From: Rhizaria sp. SCN 62-66 | Lineage: Eukaryota | DNA length: 64,000 nt | Direction: 5' to 3' | Assembly: GCA_001724265.1 (NCBI GenBank) | Contig: MEDY01000124.1 | Span: forward strand, 1 to 64,000 | Shown here: positions 50,343 through 63,300 of the stretch, piece after piece | How positions within the stretch are numbered: position 1 is the stretch's first letter | How the letters are laid out: each line of letters begins with the position of its first letter | Program-made: the position numbers and the translations under genes | Notes under the pieces: model-generated | What the model saw: only the letters and a program-made list of their open reading frames with translations | Databases searched by the model: none | Told to the model about the DNA's origin: nothing

Positions 50343-52391
50343 ATGGCGGACTTTTATTCGGGGTCAGCCAAGACCCCTCACTATATGCAGCCTAGCATAG
50401 CCTCCACCCTGCCGCAGTACACCAACAAAGAGCAGGAGCACATCCGCGAGTGCTTCACCTCTGTCAGCTTCAAGACGATCACGGCGCTGCCCAACGAGCT
50501 CAAGCCCAACGTGGTCTCGGAGACCGTGGCGAACCACGTCGACGCGAACCTCGCCGGCGCGGGCCACCCGGGCACCGTGCTACTTAACAAGCCCAGCGGA
50601 CCGTACTTCCAGGCTTTTCCGTACATGTCGACTCCGTTCAGCGCCGTCGACGACCTCAAGCGCCGCGAGCGGCTCGAGCTCTCGGGCAAAATGACGCTGC
50701 TCGCGCACGAGCCCTGGCGCCCCACGCACGCGCGCCCCGAGACGTGCTTTAACCCGCCCCCGCCGGTCTTTGCTGCACCCGTACGTCTCTAACTAAATCA
50801 ACGCTCCATTCTTTGCCCTTGAAATGCATTCCTCTCCCACACTCACTGGTTTTTATCTCTCCCCGTGTTGCTCTATTGCATTCATTGTACCACACAGAAC
50901 CCGCTCGCTGCGCACGAGTTTTACAGCGACCCGTTCGAGGACGCCGACGACGTGGAGCTGCGCGCGCGCTGGTTCGAGCGCTCCCGCGTGCGCGCGGGTC
51001 CTTTCCTCGCTGGCGGCAAGGCCCCCTCGTCGACGTCGACGGCCTCGGCCGTGCCCTCCGCGACCTCGTCCGCTGGGCTTTCGCGCCAGGACCTGCCGCG
51101 CGTCCTGCAGCGCCTGCGCGCGCTGCTGCGCGAGGACTGGGCCGAGGCCGAGACGTCGGTGTACGCCGACGAGGACGGCTACGTCGTGCTCGAGTTTGAC
51201 ATGAACACATGTCCGTCGCGCCGCAGCGTGCTCGCCTACATGAACATTGTCACGGGCGCGAACCCAATCGTGTCGGAGCACGGACTGCGCAAGGTGCCGC
51301 AGCTCTGGGGCTACTTACCCAAAAACAACAACAACAACAGTAACGCCGGCGGTGAAGCTCAATCTGGGTCTCAGCAACAGCAGCAGCAGTCGCAGCAGAC
51401 TGCTGACGGCAAGCAGGACGGCGCCCTAACCGACAGCAGCGGCGAGCAGCAGCAGCCGGGGGGCCAGGGCGGTGACGGTGGCAAGGACCTGAACAAGATG
51501 TACTTCGCGTTCCGCCCGCCCTGGCTGGCGCAGGCGCCGCTCGAGGCCTACTACACTCTGCATCCGGAGAAGCGGTCGTTCCGCGCGGACCAGGCTCACC
51601 AGCGGCGCACGGCGGCCGAGGCGCAGGCGCGCGACGAGGAGGCCGCGCGGCAGCATCTGGCGCGCCAGCATGCGGTGCACCAGCAGCAGCAGCAGGGCAC
51701 TTTCGCGCAGCTCATGTCCCCGCAGCCGCCGCAGCAGCAGCAGCCGTCGTCGCTGGGGGCGCGTGGCGCGCGCGGCAGCGGCGGCGGCGGCGCGCTAGGG
51801 ACTGTGAGTAGCTCAGGCGCGCAGCCGAGCGCCGTGCCGCTGTCGCAATACGATTCGCCCTACTCGTTCGAAGCCGCGGGTCCCGGCACGCTGGCCTACG
51901 GCGCGCGCAGCTCGCTTGCCGTCACACCCACCAATAGCGCGCGCGCGGGCCCCCTGGGACCCATGGGTGCCGCTATGGGTACCGCGGGGACCACGGGCGC
52001 GTTGTACGCGAGCGCAGGCACGGGCGCCGCGAGCTACAACACGGGCTACAGCGCGTCGGTCGAGGACGGCGAGGAGCGCTATCACGGCGCTGGCGCCGCG
52101 CCGCTCGGGTTTGTGCGCGGGGACCAGTTTGTGGTTGACGCACAGCAGCAGCAGCTCATGCAGCAACAGCAGCAACAGCAGCAGCAGCATGGCAAAAGCG
52201 CGAGTTACACGCAGGGATACGGCGCGCACGCGTACGGCTCTCAAGGGTATGGCTCGCAAGGGCAGTCTAACCGGAGCTCGCTGGGGCAGACGCAGATGCA
52301 GATGATGCAGACGCAGGCCTCACAGCCAGCCTACTACCAGCAGCAGCAGCAGCAGCAGCAGCAGCCGCAGGCGCTGGCCCGACCCGGCTGA
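50343..52391 (+). CDS. Hypothetical protein (~643 aa) with a globular N-terminal half and Gln/Gly-rich tail; exons 50343-50780 and 50898-52391
   Basis: ORFs 50190..50792 and 50865..52391 are joined by a phase-0 intron. ATG at 50343. Stop TGA. Confidence 0.75.
50781..50897 (+). other. Spliceosomal intron (117 nt, phase 0)
   Basis: CCC|GTACGT ... CACACAG|AAC. Confidence 0.82.
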
Positions 52392-52884
52392 GCATGGCAG
52401 CCAGCTCATCAGATGCACGTTTGCGTGTCTTCGTTTAACATGCGAGCTGATGTTTGATGTCGTGTCATAAGCTCGCTTTGTGCGTATTTGAGAAAATGCT
52501 GATTGGATCGTTACATTAGATTGCTTCTTGTTGTAATTTGCTCTGGATTAGGTGTGTTTGCCTGAGTTTTAAATCGTTCCATGAGTGTATTGCATTGCTC
52601 GAGTTAACTGCTTGAAACAAGACCACCGGCAAGGCCTCTGGCCCTGCTGTACACAGAATTGAATACATACGTCAGTATATCTATCATCAAAATATCTATA
52701 TAATTAGCGAAATACTATTGATCCGTTCAAATAGTCACAATGAAAAAACCTTATCAAGGCTAGTTGTCTAGTTGTGAAACAGAAGCGTAAAGTCGACGTA
52801 AACGCATTCACAGCATAAGTGCCCACCGCCACAGCAACCGGGGACTACAGCTACTACATACTGCGGTAACTCCACGCGCCCCAC

Positions 52885-53904
52885 TCAGTGCGCCTTGCCG
52901 GCGCCGCTCTGCGTGAGCGCGGTGAGCTGCCGCTGCAGCAGGCGGTAGATGGGTAAGTAGACTGACCCGCCGAGCATGATATGCGCGCCACGCGTCGTCA
53001 TGCCCGTGAACCAGAACCGCATGCCGCGCTCGGCGCGGATCGCGCTCAGCGCGTGCAGCACGCCGCGGTACTTAGGCGCGGGCGCGCCGGGCAGGAGCCG
53101 CGACATGGACTGCGTCTGGATGATGGTCTTGGCCACGTCGAGCGGCTGCGTCAGCACGGTCGTGGTCGCGCCCGACAACGCACCCGCGAGCATCGACACG
53201 TGCGCAGAGTGCGAGCGGCCCTCCTTGCGCATCGCCTGGTCGCGCGCGAAGTAGGCCGTGCCGAAGCCCGCGACGGAGCCCGTGGTGAGGAGGTGCGTGT
53301 AGAAGTCGTTGCCGGACATCATGAGGCACACTACGGGCAGGTCACGCGCTAGGTTCGCCCACAGGCCCTGCCAGAGGCCGCCGACGCCGTCGCGCGAGAC
53401 AAGCGTGCGCAGCGCGTCGAAGGATGAGCGCGAGCGCGGCACGCCCTGGAGCGAGCCCTCAACCTGCATGCGCTCCTTGACCACCTCGAACGGGCACTTG
53501 ACGAACGTCACCAGCGCGCGCGAGCCGGCGAACAGCGCCGCGTACTTGGCGGCGTCCAGAGTGGACGCGTTCTTGTGCGCGGCAACGTCGCGGAACATCT
53601 CGTAGGTCGTCCACTGCACGGCCGCCAGCGGGGACTGCATGAGCCGCGGGCCGAGGCCGCGGTAGAAGGCGCGGACGCCTTCGCCGTAGATGCCGCGCAC
53701 GGCGTCCGAGACGTTGCGGTACTGCTTGGCACCGACGACGGCGCCGGAGAACTGCTGGCGCACCATGACGGTGACGACGGGATGCCAGATGGCGCCCGTG
53801 ATCATGGTCGTCACGAACGATGCCATGCCGCCCTTGGTGATGGCTGTCTTGCCACGCTCCATCAGCGTCGGCTGCGTCTTGGAAGCAGGGGCCGCGACAG
53901 ACAT
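52885..53904 (-). CDS. Mitochondrial carrier family (SLC25) protein, 339 aa
   Basis: Three repeats: HPVVTVMVRQQ..EGVRAFYRG, CPFEVVKERMQ..DGVGGLWQG, QPLDVAKTIIQ..RGMRFWFTG. Stop TGA. Substrate not assignable by eye. Confidence 0.92.
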   Translation of the reverse strand: MSVAAPASKTQPTLMERGKTAITKGGMASFVTTMITGAIWHPVVTVMVRQQFSGAVVGAKQYRNVSDAVRGIYGEGVRAFYRGLGPRLMQSPLAAVQWTTYEMFRDVAAHKNASTLDAAKYAALFAGSRALVTFVKCPFEVVKERMQVEGSLQGVPRSRSSFDALRTLVSRDGVGGLWQGLWANLARDLPVVCLMMSGNDFYTHLLTTGSVAGFGTAYFARDQAMRKEGRSHSAHVSMLAGALSGATTTVLTQPLDVAKTIIQTQSMSRLLPGAPAPKYRGVLHALSAIRAERGMRFWFTGMTTRGAHIMLGGSVYLPIYRLLQRQLTALTQSGAGKAH

Positions 53905-54370
53905 CAGTGCTGCAAGAAATTAAATAATACGGGTCATTTGAAGGATATGAGAGTTCGTATGCACAGTTCAATTTTGACACCAACGATGAAACAATTGCGC
54001 TGTGGATAATCAAATCAGCCCAACTTTCGAGGGGGTGTGGCGTGATCTCTCGCTCGGCCACAGTCTGTCTTAAGAGCCCGACGGCACTGCGGACATTGAT
54101 CATGTGCACACGTATAAGGCCGTCGTTAAGAATAACGTCTGCATACTATATTATACTGATGCGCATGTGCTTATTTTTATAATTATACTTTCTACAGACC
54201 TATTTATAACTCACACCACTTACTCGCTTATCCTTCCGCACCCCACCATCAAAGCTTTACAACACCCACTTCGGCTGGCCCATTGCAACGGCACTCTTGG
54301 GTTCTCTCTTCAAGACACAGCAAAGGTACACCATCACCTAATCACCGCTCTTGCGGAGCGACTTGTCAGG

Positions 54371-57300
54371 ATGCAACACCGCGCCCGCCACCTCGCTGGC
54401 GCCCTGCGCGCCGCAGTGCCCGCGGCGCCCGCACTGCCGTCCTCCGCGCTCCAATCCCCTGCCCTCGCGTCAACGGCGGGCCAGTCCCGCGCCATGTCGT
54501 CGTCGTCGTCGTCGTCGTTCTCGTCCTCGTCCTCCGGCCGCGGCGCGTCCCCCCGCAAGGGCTCTTCCGCGCGCATGCCCCCCACGTCGTCGGCGGACAT
54601 CGCGCAGCGCCAGTTCCGCCGCCCCGAGACCAGCGTGCTCGGCCGCTCCGGGGGCTCACTCAACAGCACCACCCCGGCCGAGCCCGAGGGCGCGGGCGAG
54701 AGCGAGGAAGAGGCGGACCCGGCGCTGGCGCTCGTGCAGCGCTACCTGGCGGCGGGCGACGTCGCGGGCGCCGAGGCCGCGCTGGCGATGGCCGTGCGCT
54801 CCACCGAGGACCGCCTGGGGCTCGACTACGTGGGTGGCGCGGGTACTCCGGCGACAGACGCTAAAGCCAACACAAACGTCCATCACTCATTGCAACAACA
54901 GCAGAAACAGACCGCTAAGCCCGCCAAACCTGCCACAACGAAGCTTTCTCAAACTGCTGCTGGCGCTAACGCTGCGAAGCCGCCTGTGACGCTGACGTCG
55001 CTGATGCAGGCTGCGCAGCGCGCGGAGCGCCGCGGGGGCGCGCTGGCAGCGCCGGTGCCGACGCAGGCTCAGCTGCGCGCGGAGCACGCGGCGCAAGGTG
55101 AGCGGCTTGCGCGCGGGGAGGACTTCGCTAGGGAGCAGACGCTGCACTTCGCTGCGCTCGGCCAACGCGCGGCCATGGGCACGGAGGAGGCGCTGCGGGC
55201 CGCCGCGCGCCGCAGGGCGGGGCTGCCCGCCGAGGAGGACGTCGACGACGACATTGACGACGATGTCGACGACGAGGTTGACTATGACGAGAACGATGAC
55301 GTCGAGGACGGCGCGTACGACAGTGATGGCCGCGCCGGCTCCGGCTCCGGCTACGACTCGGCCCTTGACTCCGGCGCCGACGCCGAGCTGGGCTCCGGCG
55401 TGGACTCGGCGGCCGAAAGCGGCGGGCTTATGAGCGGCTATGACTCGGACGCCCGCGCCGCCGACTCCGAAGTGCTGACGCGCATCGCAGAGGCCGGGCG
55501 CGCAGGCCGGCTTGGCAAGGACGCTGAGTGGTTCGACCCACGCCGGCCCGACGCGCTTGCGCGCAAGAGGGAGAAGGACGCCGCCGCCACCGCTAATACC
55601 AGTGCCAGTGCGGCCCGCCGCGGCGAGGTTGAGGAGGACGACGATGTGGACGCGGATGCGAGTGGGCGCGAGAGCTGGTTTGACTCTGCGATGCAGGCAG
55701 CCTCAGGCACTGAGGGCGAGCAACAGCGCAGCCAGCAGCAGCAGCGTGAGCAAAGCGACGCTGAGTGGCAGGCCCACGCGCGCGCCGCGATGTGGCACAA
55801 GGCCGGCAGCCCACCATCACAATCACCGGCTCACCCTGCGCAGTTATCGCGGCCGGAACAGGCCGCCGCCGCCGTGGCCGCGACCGCGCGCGCCACGGGC
55901 ACCACGGTCACGGCCCCGCCCGGCGAGCCCGCCTTCGCGTGGCCGCCGCCGCGCCGCTCGCTCGGCCTCTCCCGCCTTATGGCCTCTGCGCGCCCCCTGC
56001 CGTCCACCGCCTCAGCTGTCAGTGGCGCCGAAGGCACCGGCGCTAGCGGTGCTGGGTCGATGTCGGGCGTGGCGGCGCTGCGCCAGCTGCCCACCGCGGC
56101 CGCCCGGGCGGGAGTGCGCGGGGCCACAGCCGCGCTCGAGGCCGCGATGGCCGACATGGCCGCCGAGCTGGCCGCCGCGCGCACCGCGGCTGCCGCGGCC
56201 GCCGCTGAGGCCGCGGCGACGGGCGCCCCGGCGGCGGCGCCGTCGACCGCGGCCATCGCGCGCGCGCACGCCGTGGCGGCGGCGCTGACCGAGCTGTGCG
56301 CAGGGCTCGTCGCTGACGGCGCCGCGGACTCCGGGCTGCCGCCGCCGCGCCGCGCCGCCGCCGCCGCCGCGGGGCTGTCGCTGGACCCCGCGGAGCTGGT
56401 GCGCGAGTTCCAGGCCCACCGCGGCGCGCGCCTGGAGCACGAGGTCGCGCTTGGCGCAGACACCGACGGCGACAACGGCGGCGAGAGTGTGGCCGCAACT
56501 GTGGAGGCGGTGCGGGCCCCGGCGCTGTCGGCGCCCGCGCTGCCGTTCGAGCCCTTCGCGCCGTCGTTCGCGCGCAGCGACTCGGCGGCCGCACTCACTG
56601 CTTCGGCCGTGGCGGCGGCGGCTCCCACTCCGCGCGCCGCGCTGCTGGCCATGTCACCCGCCGCGGCCGCGTCGGCGCTGCGCGACGACCCGGCCTTGCT
56701 GACGATGCTGCGCATGCTCGACACCGCGGCTGCGAACGAGGCCCTCGGCGCCGCCAAGGGCAAGGGTGCGCGGAGCGACAAGGACGCGGCCGCGGCGGCG
56801 GGGACGCAGGTGGCCGTGCTGCGCGCGCTGCGGTCCGTGCTGCCGGCGACGTTCTCGCGCGTAGTGGCGACGATGGGCGCGCGCGGCGGGCGCGCGATGG
56901 CGCGCATGATGCAGGCCTCCGAGTCCGCGGCGGCGGCGGCGGCGCGGCGCGGGGCTGCGGCGCCCGACGCCGCGGCGGCCGCCAAAGAGGGCGCGCGCGC
57001 GACGGCCGCGCTGGCCAGCGAGCTGCGCAACATCGCCGCCAGCGAGGGCGCGACTGGCGCGCAGTTGCCGCCGGAGGTCGCGCGCGCGCTCGGCGTCGCC
57101 ACACCCGACGCCGAGGTCTCCCCCTCGCTGACTGGGGATTCGCAGGCGCATGCGCAGACACTTGAGTCAGACGAGGCCGCGGCGGTGCGGCGCGTGGCGG
57201 CGCTCATGGCGACGGACCGCGACGGCATCGTGGTGGATCTGGCCACAGAAGAACGCCGGCTCGCGCTCATGGCCGTCGAAGGGCTCTCACCGGCGGCCGC

Positions 57301-60300
57301 GGCCGCGCGGGCCATCAACGACGTCCACGGCGCCGACTCCGCCTCTGCTGCAGACGCCAGTGCGGACGGGGGCGAGGTCGTCGACGAGTACGGCGTGACC
57401 AAGGAGCAGCGGCAGCTGCAGGCGGCGCTGGTACAGTATGAGAACATGCTGCGTCGGCGCGTGATGCTGCTTGAGGCGGAGAAGGAGGCGCAGGCCACTG
57501 GCGCGCCGTTGATCGACGACCTGCGCACCCTGGCGTCGCGCATCGCGGCCGTGCGCGCCGATGTCAAGGACCGCCCGGAAGACTCGTCGCTGCTGCGGCG
57601 CGCCAACGAGCTGTACAAGCAGCTGGCCTTCGTGCAGCAAACGAAGCGGACGAACCCGACGCTCTACTACTGGCGCAAGTTTCTGGCCAACATCCCGCGG
57701 TCCGCGCGCGCTGACGCCATGGCGGCGCACGAGCTGCCGAACAACCCCATCGCGTGGGCCATCGAGACGGGCGAGCAGGAGGCCGCGCGCCGCGCCGCGC
57801 TCGCCGCGGGAGTGCCCGACGAGGAGTCGGCCGCGCGTCAGGACGAGACTGACAAGCCGCGGCTGACCCCGGAGATCGTCAAAGACGCGCTCACGCGGCT
57901 TGTGCGCCTGCGCCGCGACACCGCCGCGCTCGAGGCGCGCATCGAGCGCTCCGTGGCCGCGGGCGACGCCGCCGCGAAGCTGGCGAAGCGCGAGGGCCGG
58001 CCGCCCGCGCGCGCGCAGCGCGAGTCCGGCGGCACAAGCGCGGCCGAGGTAGAGCTCACGGAACACATGCGGTTCCTGTGGTCGCTGCGCGCTGACTGCG
58101 AGCTGGCGACGGCGGCGATCGAGCGCGACACGCGCGCCGAGCAGCGCGCGCTGCGGATGCGCGAGGTGCAGCGCGAGCTCAAACTTCTTGCCGGCTCGCA
58201 GGTCACGGATGCCGAGCGGCGCGTGGACGAGCTGCAAGAGCTCACGCGCACTGCGATGCTGGGCCGCAAGGCGCTGCGGTTCAACGTGACCGAGCTGGCC
58301 GAGGAGCGTGACGAGGCCGCCATGCACGGCGGGCACGTCGAGGCCCTCGTCGCGCCCAGCAAGTTCCGCCAGCGCGCCAACAAGACCGTCGCCGCGGGCG
58401 CCGCGGGGGCCACGGTCGCGTTCGTCGACCCGCTTCTCGCGCTCGCGCTGGCCGGGGATGATCCCGCTGCCGCTGCCGCCGCCACGGCCGGGCAGGCCGA
58501 CGCGTTCGGCTCCACGGCAGGCCGCGCGATGCCAGGCTCGGTTCAGGAGGCGCTGCAGCTGCAGGCGCGCGCGGTGCTGGCGTCTCCGACCGCCGCGGCC
58601 GCGTCCGCCGAGACTGCGGCGGCCGCCGCCGCCGCGGCGTCTGCGCTGCCGCGGTCCGAGGTCGCGCACCTCAAAGCGCAGGAGGCGCTGGCGCGCGCCG
58701 CCGAGGCAGAGGCGCGGCGCACAGTCATCACTGCGGCCGCGCAGGAGCACATCCTGCGGGCCGCGCAGCAGGAGCAGCAGGCGGGCGCGCCGACCACGGC
58801 TGCGCGCGCGAAGCTGACGCTGCGCGAGGTCGCGCCCGCGGCCGCGCGGCTGCTGTTCGGGCGCGTCGTTGGCGCGCACGGTGCGCGCGTGCTCGTGGAG
58901 CAGGTGGGCACGCGCGCCTACGCCAAGCACGCCATGTACTACGCGGGCACGCCCGTCGAACGCCTGCTGCGCGCTGTGGCGCCGCGCGCCGAGGACGAGG
59001 GCGAGGAGGCCGCCGCCGCCGCGGAGGCCGTGGCGCGCGCGCTCGACCTGCCCGGCGCCACCGCTGCGGCGCGGAATGCCGACAACGACGGCGAGATGGC
59101 CGCTGCCGATGCAGTGCTTGGCAATCGCCTTAAGACCTCCCAGCCCACTAATGACGCTGATGCCGAGGCTGATGCTGTCGCAGAGGCTCTGGAGCAGGGC
59201 GCCAGCGCCGGTGCAGTCAAGGCGGGCCGCCGCTGGGAGGCCGCACAGCGCCGGAACAACAACAACATCAAGTCACAGACTGCGGACGCCGAAAATGACG
59301 AGGACGTCGACGATGACAACGACGAAGAGCTCGACACCGACGCCGACAGCGCGACCGAGAGCGCTGTTTCTACTTACAAAGCGGGCGCGCGTCCGCTGTG
59401 GCAGTGCACCAAGTCGCGGCACATGCAGCTGCTGTGTGGCGACTATGTGCTCTTCGACCCGCACGCCGCGCGCGCGTGGTCCCAGTCGGCCGCGACCACG
59501 GCGGCCGCGGTCACCGCGCTGGGCGCTGCCGCCGACGGCGTCGTTAAGGTCGTCTTCAAGCGGCTCAACGAGCTCAAGCGCGGACTGGCCGTCAAGAAGC
59601 GCGGCACAGTGCTCTCGCAGCCAGCGTCAAGCATGGCGGCCAACGCGGACCACGTCGTGGTCTTGTGCGCGGCCGAGGGGCAGCCGCCGCTGTCGCCGTT
59701 CTTGCTCGACCGCTTCATCGCCATCGGCCAGCAGGCCAACGTGCCTGTGACGATTGTGTACAACAAGGTCGACCTGCTGGACACCGTCGCGGCGGCGGCG
59801 GAGGACTTCGAGCGCGAGCAGGCCCGTGCGCGGCTGCTGCGCGAGAAGAAGGTCAAGAACCACAAGTTGCGCCGCCAGATGCAGCGCGAAGACGCCGATG
59901 CCGACGTCGCTGTTGAGGATGACGCTCAATTGGAGAACGACGGCGAGGAAGAGGAGGAGTGGGACGAGGAGCAGTGGGAGGCGGCCGAGGCCGAGGACGC
60001 AGCGCAGCGCCGGCTCGCTCGTTGGGTGCGCAAGCGCGGCAAAGAGAGCACCAACGGGCGCCGCACGGCGTACTTGCCCGCCGAGGTGGACGCGCTGCTC
60101 GCGGCATACGAACAGCTCGGCCACCGCGTGATCCGCACGTCGGCGACGACGGGGCAGGGCGTGGACGAGCTGCGCGGCGTGCTGGACCGGTTCCACACGT
60201 CGCTGCTGCTGGGGCCCTCGGGCGCGGGCAAGAGCTCGCTGCTGAACCTGCTGCTGCCCGACACGCAGCTGCGCGTGAACCGGCTGACCGTGTCGGGCCA

Positions 60301-63300
60301 GGGCCAGCACACGACCACGGCGGCGAACCTGTACCGCCTGCCGTCGGGCGCCGCCATCGTCGACACGCCCGGCTCGCAGGGCTTCCTCCCCGACCTGCTC
60401 AATGCAGGCATGCTCGGCGTCCCCGGCGGGGCCGCGGGTGGCGAGGCCGCGGCCAGCACGCTGCAGCCCGGCGCGCCCGCCACCGCAGGCTCCGTGTCCA
60501 TGGCGGGTCCTGCGAGCTCGGCGCTAGTCGACGCGCAGGCGCTCGTGGCCTCAGTGGCCGGTTTGGGCAGGCTCTTCCCGGAGATCTCCCGCGCGAGCGC
60601 CTTCTGCCGCCTGGGCAACAAGTGTACGCACGTGCGCGAACCGGGCTGCGCGGTGAAGGAGCTCGTTGGCGTCGGCGCGGACCACAAGGCCGTGACGGTG
60701 TTCGACCTCTACCGCATGGACAAGCAGAGCAACGTATACGTGGCCAAGTTCTGGCAGGACCTCCGGTCGGGCGCGCTGCGGCCGCTGGCGTCGCTGGCGT
60801 CGCCGGACCCCGTGCTGGTGTTCGCCGCCAAGTGGTACCGCGACTGGGACGCCGGGCTGGCCTCGTCGCCGGCGCACAAGCCGCTCGACACGCACTCGCC
60901 CGCCGAGCTCAAGGTCATGGGTCAGCTTGCCGCCGCGACCGAGGCCGGCCGCAAGCTGGGCTCCGCGGCCAACCCCGGCTCGGACAAGCGCGGCGCGCGC
61001 GGCGACGTGGCCCCGCCGCGCGCGGCCGCCGCGATGCGCACCGCGCCCGTCGAGGCGGACTCGGAGCAGGCCATGGCGCTGGCGGGCGTCCCGCTGGGCG
61101 CTAGCGCCGAGGACGCGATGTTCGCCAAGGACGACGAGAAGATCCTCACGGAGCAGATGTCGCCGTCCCCGCAGCGCTTCGCGCAGGCCGCCGCGGCCGA
61201 CGCCGCCGACGCGGCCGCTGCGGCTGGCAAGCCGGATCCCTACGAGGGCTCGAGTCTGCGCAGCCGGCTGCTGGACGAGTCGGTGCTGGCGGCGCAGCGC
61301 GGGGACGCGCCGGGCGCCGACGCGCAGGACAAGGCGGCGCCCCCGCTGGGCGTGACGTCGCCAGAAGTGGTGCGCGAGCTGCTCGAGCGGCGCGCGCGGC
61401 GCGTGGCGCGCGATGTCGCCGAGATGGAGTTCGACCGCGACCTGTCCGCCGCGGAGGCCGCGCTGGACCGCATCGAGCGCGCCGAGGAGCGCAAGAAGCG
61501 CGCCGCGGTGCGGTCTACGGCCGGCATCCGCGGCGATCGCGATATCGAGGCCGATGAGGCTCTGGCCGAGGCCGAGGCCGAGGCCGAGGCGGAGGCGGAG
61601 GCTGCGGCGAAGTCAAAGGCACACGGTGGCGAGGTCGAGGCGTCCGAGGAGCAGCCGCCCAAGTCGTCGATGGCGCGCCTGTTCGCGGACATGGGCCGCG
61701 CGCCGTCGACGCTGGTGCGCATGCCGGGCATTCCCGCCAAGTACTACGCGCAGCAGCGCGAGGCGCAGGCCGCCGTTGACATCATGAACTCGAACCTCAA
61801 CGGCGATCATGATGACGCAGACGGTGGCGATTCCCTGTCGCCGAGCGGCGGCCGGCGCATCACCCCGGAGGCCACTGCCGAGGTCGCGTACGCGGCGCGC
61901 CGCAGCCCGGCTGCCGCCGCCGCCGCGGGCGTGTCCGTCGACCGCATGCGACTCGCGGACCGCGCCGCCGACGGCCGCGTCGTCGTGCGGCCCGTGCACA
62001 GCAAGTTCGACCGCCTGCTTTGGGAGAAGCTCTGGGCCGCGGCCGCCAGCGGCGCCAAGCCCGGCAAGCAGGCCGGCAGCAACACTATAGCCGTGCTCGC
62101 CCCCGCCAACACCTCCCCGACACGCGACGCCGACGCGGCCGCCGACTCCGCCGCGTCTGCCGGCAGCCGCGGCGGCGCGCTGGACGCGGCAGCGGAGCTC
62201 GGCTTTAGCGCCACGGGCCGCATGATGCGCGCGATGGACCGCGCGCGCCAACGCGCCTCCGAGGCCGGCGGCGACGGCGCGGACGCCGGCGTCGTCGTCG
62301 CGGGGGTGAGCCTCGACGCCTATCTGGCGGGCAAGCGCGCCGCCGACGGCGAGACGGTCGTGCTGCCATCACTCGCCGCCCTCGCGCGCGCGGGCTACGC
62401 CACCGCCGCGGACACCGCCGCAGACGGCGGCGCGGCCAAGCCCGGCAAGGGCAAGAGCACGCCGCTGTCGGCGCTGCCCATCGCGGACCCGGACGACGAC
62501 GACTTCGACGCCAACTTCACTGCCGGCGGCCGCGGGCGCACCAAGCGCGAGCGCCGCCTGGCCGCGCAGCAGGCGCAGCGCGACCAGCGCATGCGCGCGC
62601 TGCGCGCAGAGCTCGACCGCGTAGCCGCTGACGTCGAGGCCCAGCCTGCGCCCGTGACTCCCGCGGCTGCTGCGGCTGAGCCGGTGTCCGCGCCGCGCGC
62701 GGTGACCAAGACGTTCACGCCCTCGGCGACCGCTGCGCTGCGCGCGACGGTCGCTGGCGTTGTCCCGCTGCGCCCGCCAACTGCACTGCCAACCACGCAC
62801 GCGCTGCCCGTCACGCTGCACGCAGCGCTGCCGGCACTGGGCGGGCTCAAGCTGCCGACGGCGATGCGCCTGCCCTCGGCGGCTGCACTCCCCGTCGTCG
62901 TTGCCGCCGCCGCGCCGCCGAAGCCCACTGCGGGCGCTGCGGCGGTGAAGGTCGGCGAGTTCGAGGTGGAGGAGAGCGAGACGGAAATGCACGACGAGTC
63001 CCCCTTCTGGCGGATGCCGCGCGTCGCGCCGCTCCAACCCCACCTCAAGCGCGCCCCCGCCCCCGCCGCGGTCGCCACGGAGATCGGGCGCGAGAGCGAG
63101 CGCGATATGAGTGGCGTGCACATCTTCGACTACACGTCAGAGTCTGCGACGAACGCGGACGAGGACGCTGCGGCGCAGAGTAAGGCCGAGCTGAGCATGT
63201 TGAGCGGCCAGCGCGTGCCCGCCGGCGCAGCGCGCGGCCTGATGATTGCGCCCTCGCGCTACGAGAGCTACGTGCGGTTGCGCGGGATCCTCGCGGCGAC

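Noticed and set aside
54104-54370. N-terminal extensions from the ORF track using GTG/TTG starts (also 950, 32570, 40301, 47667, 50190 regions)
   Set aside because: These are AT-rich UTR, promoter or intron sequence. Eukaryotic ATG starts at the GC transition give sensible N-termini and presequences.
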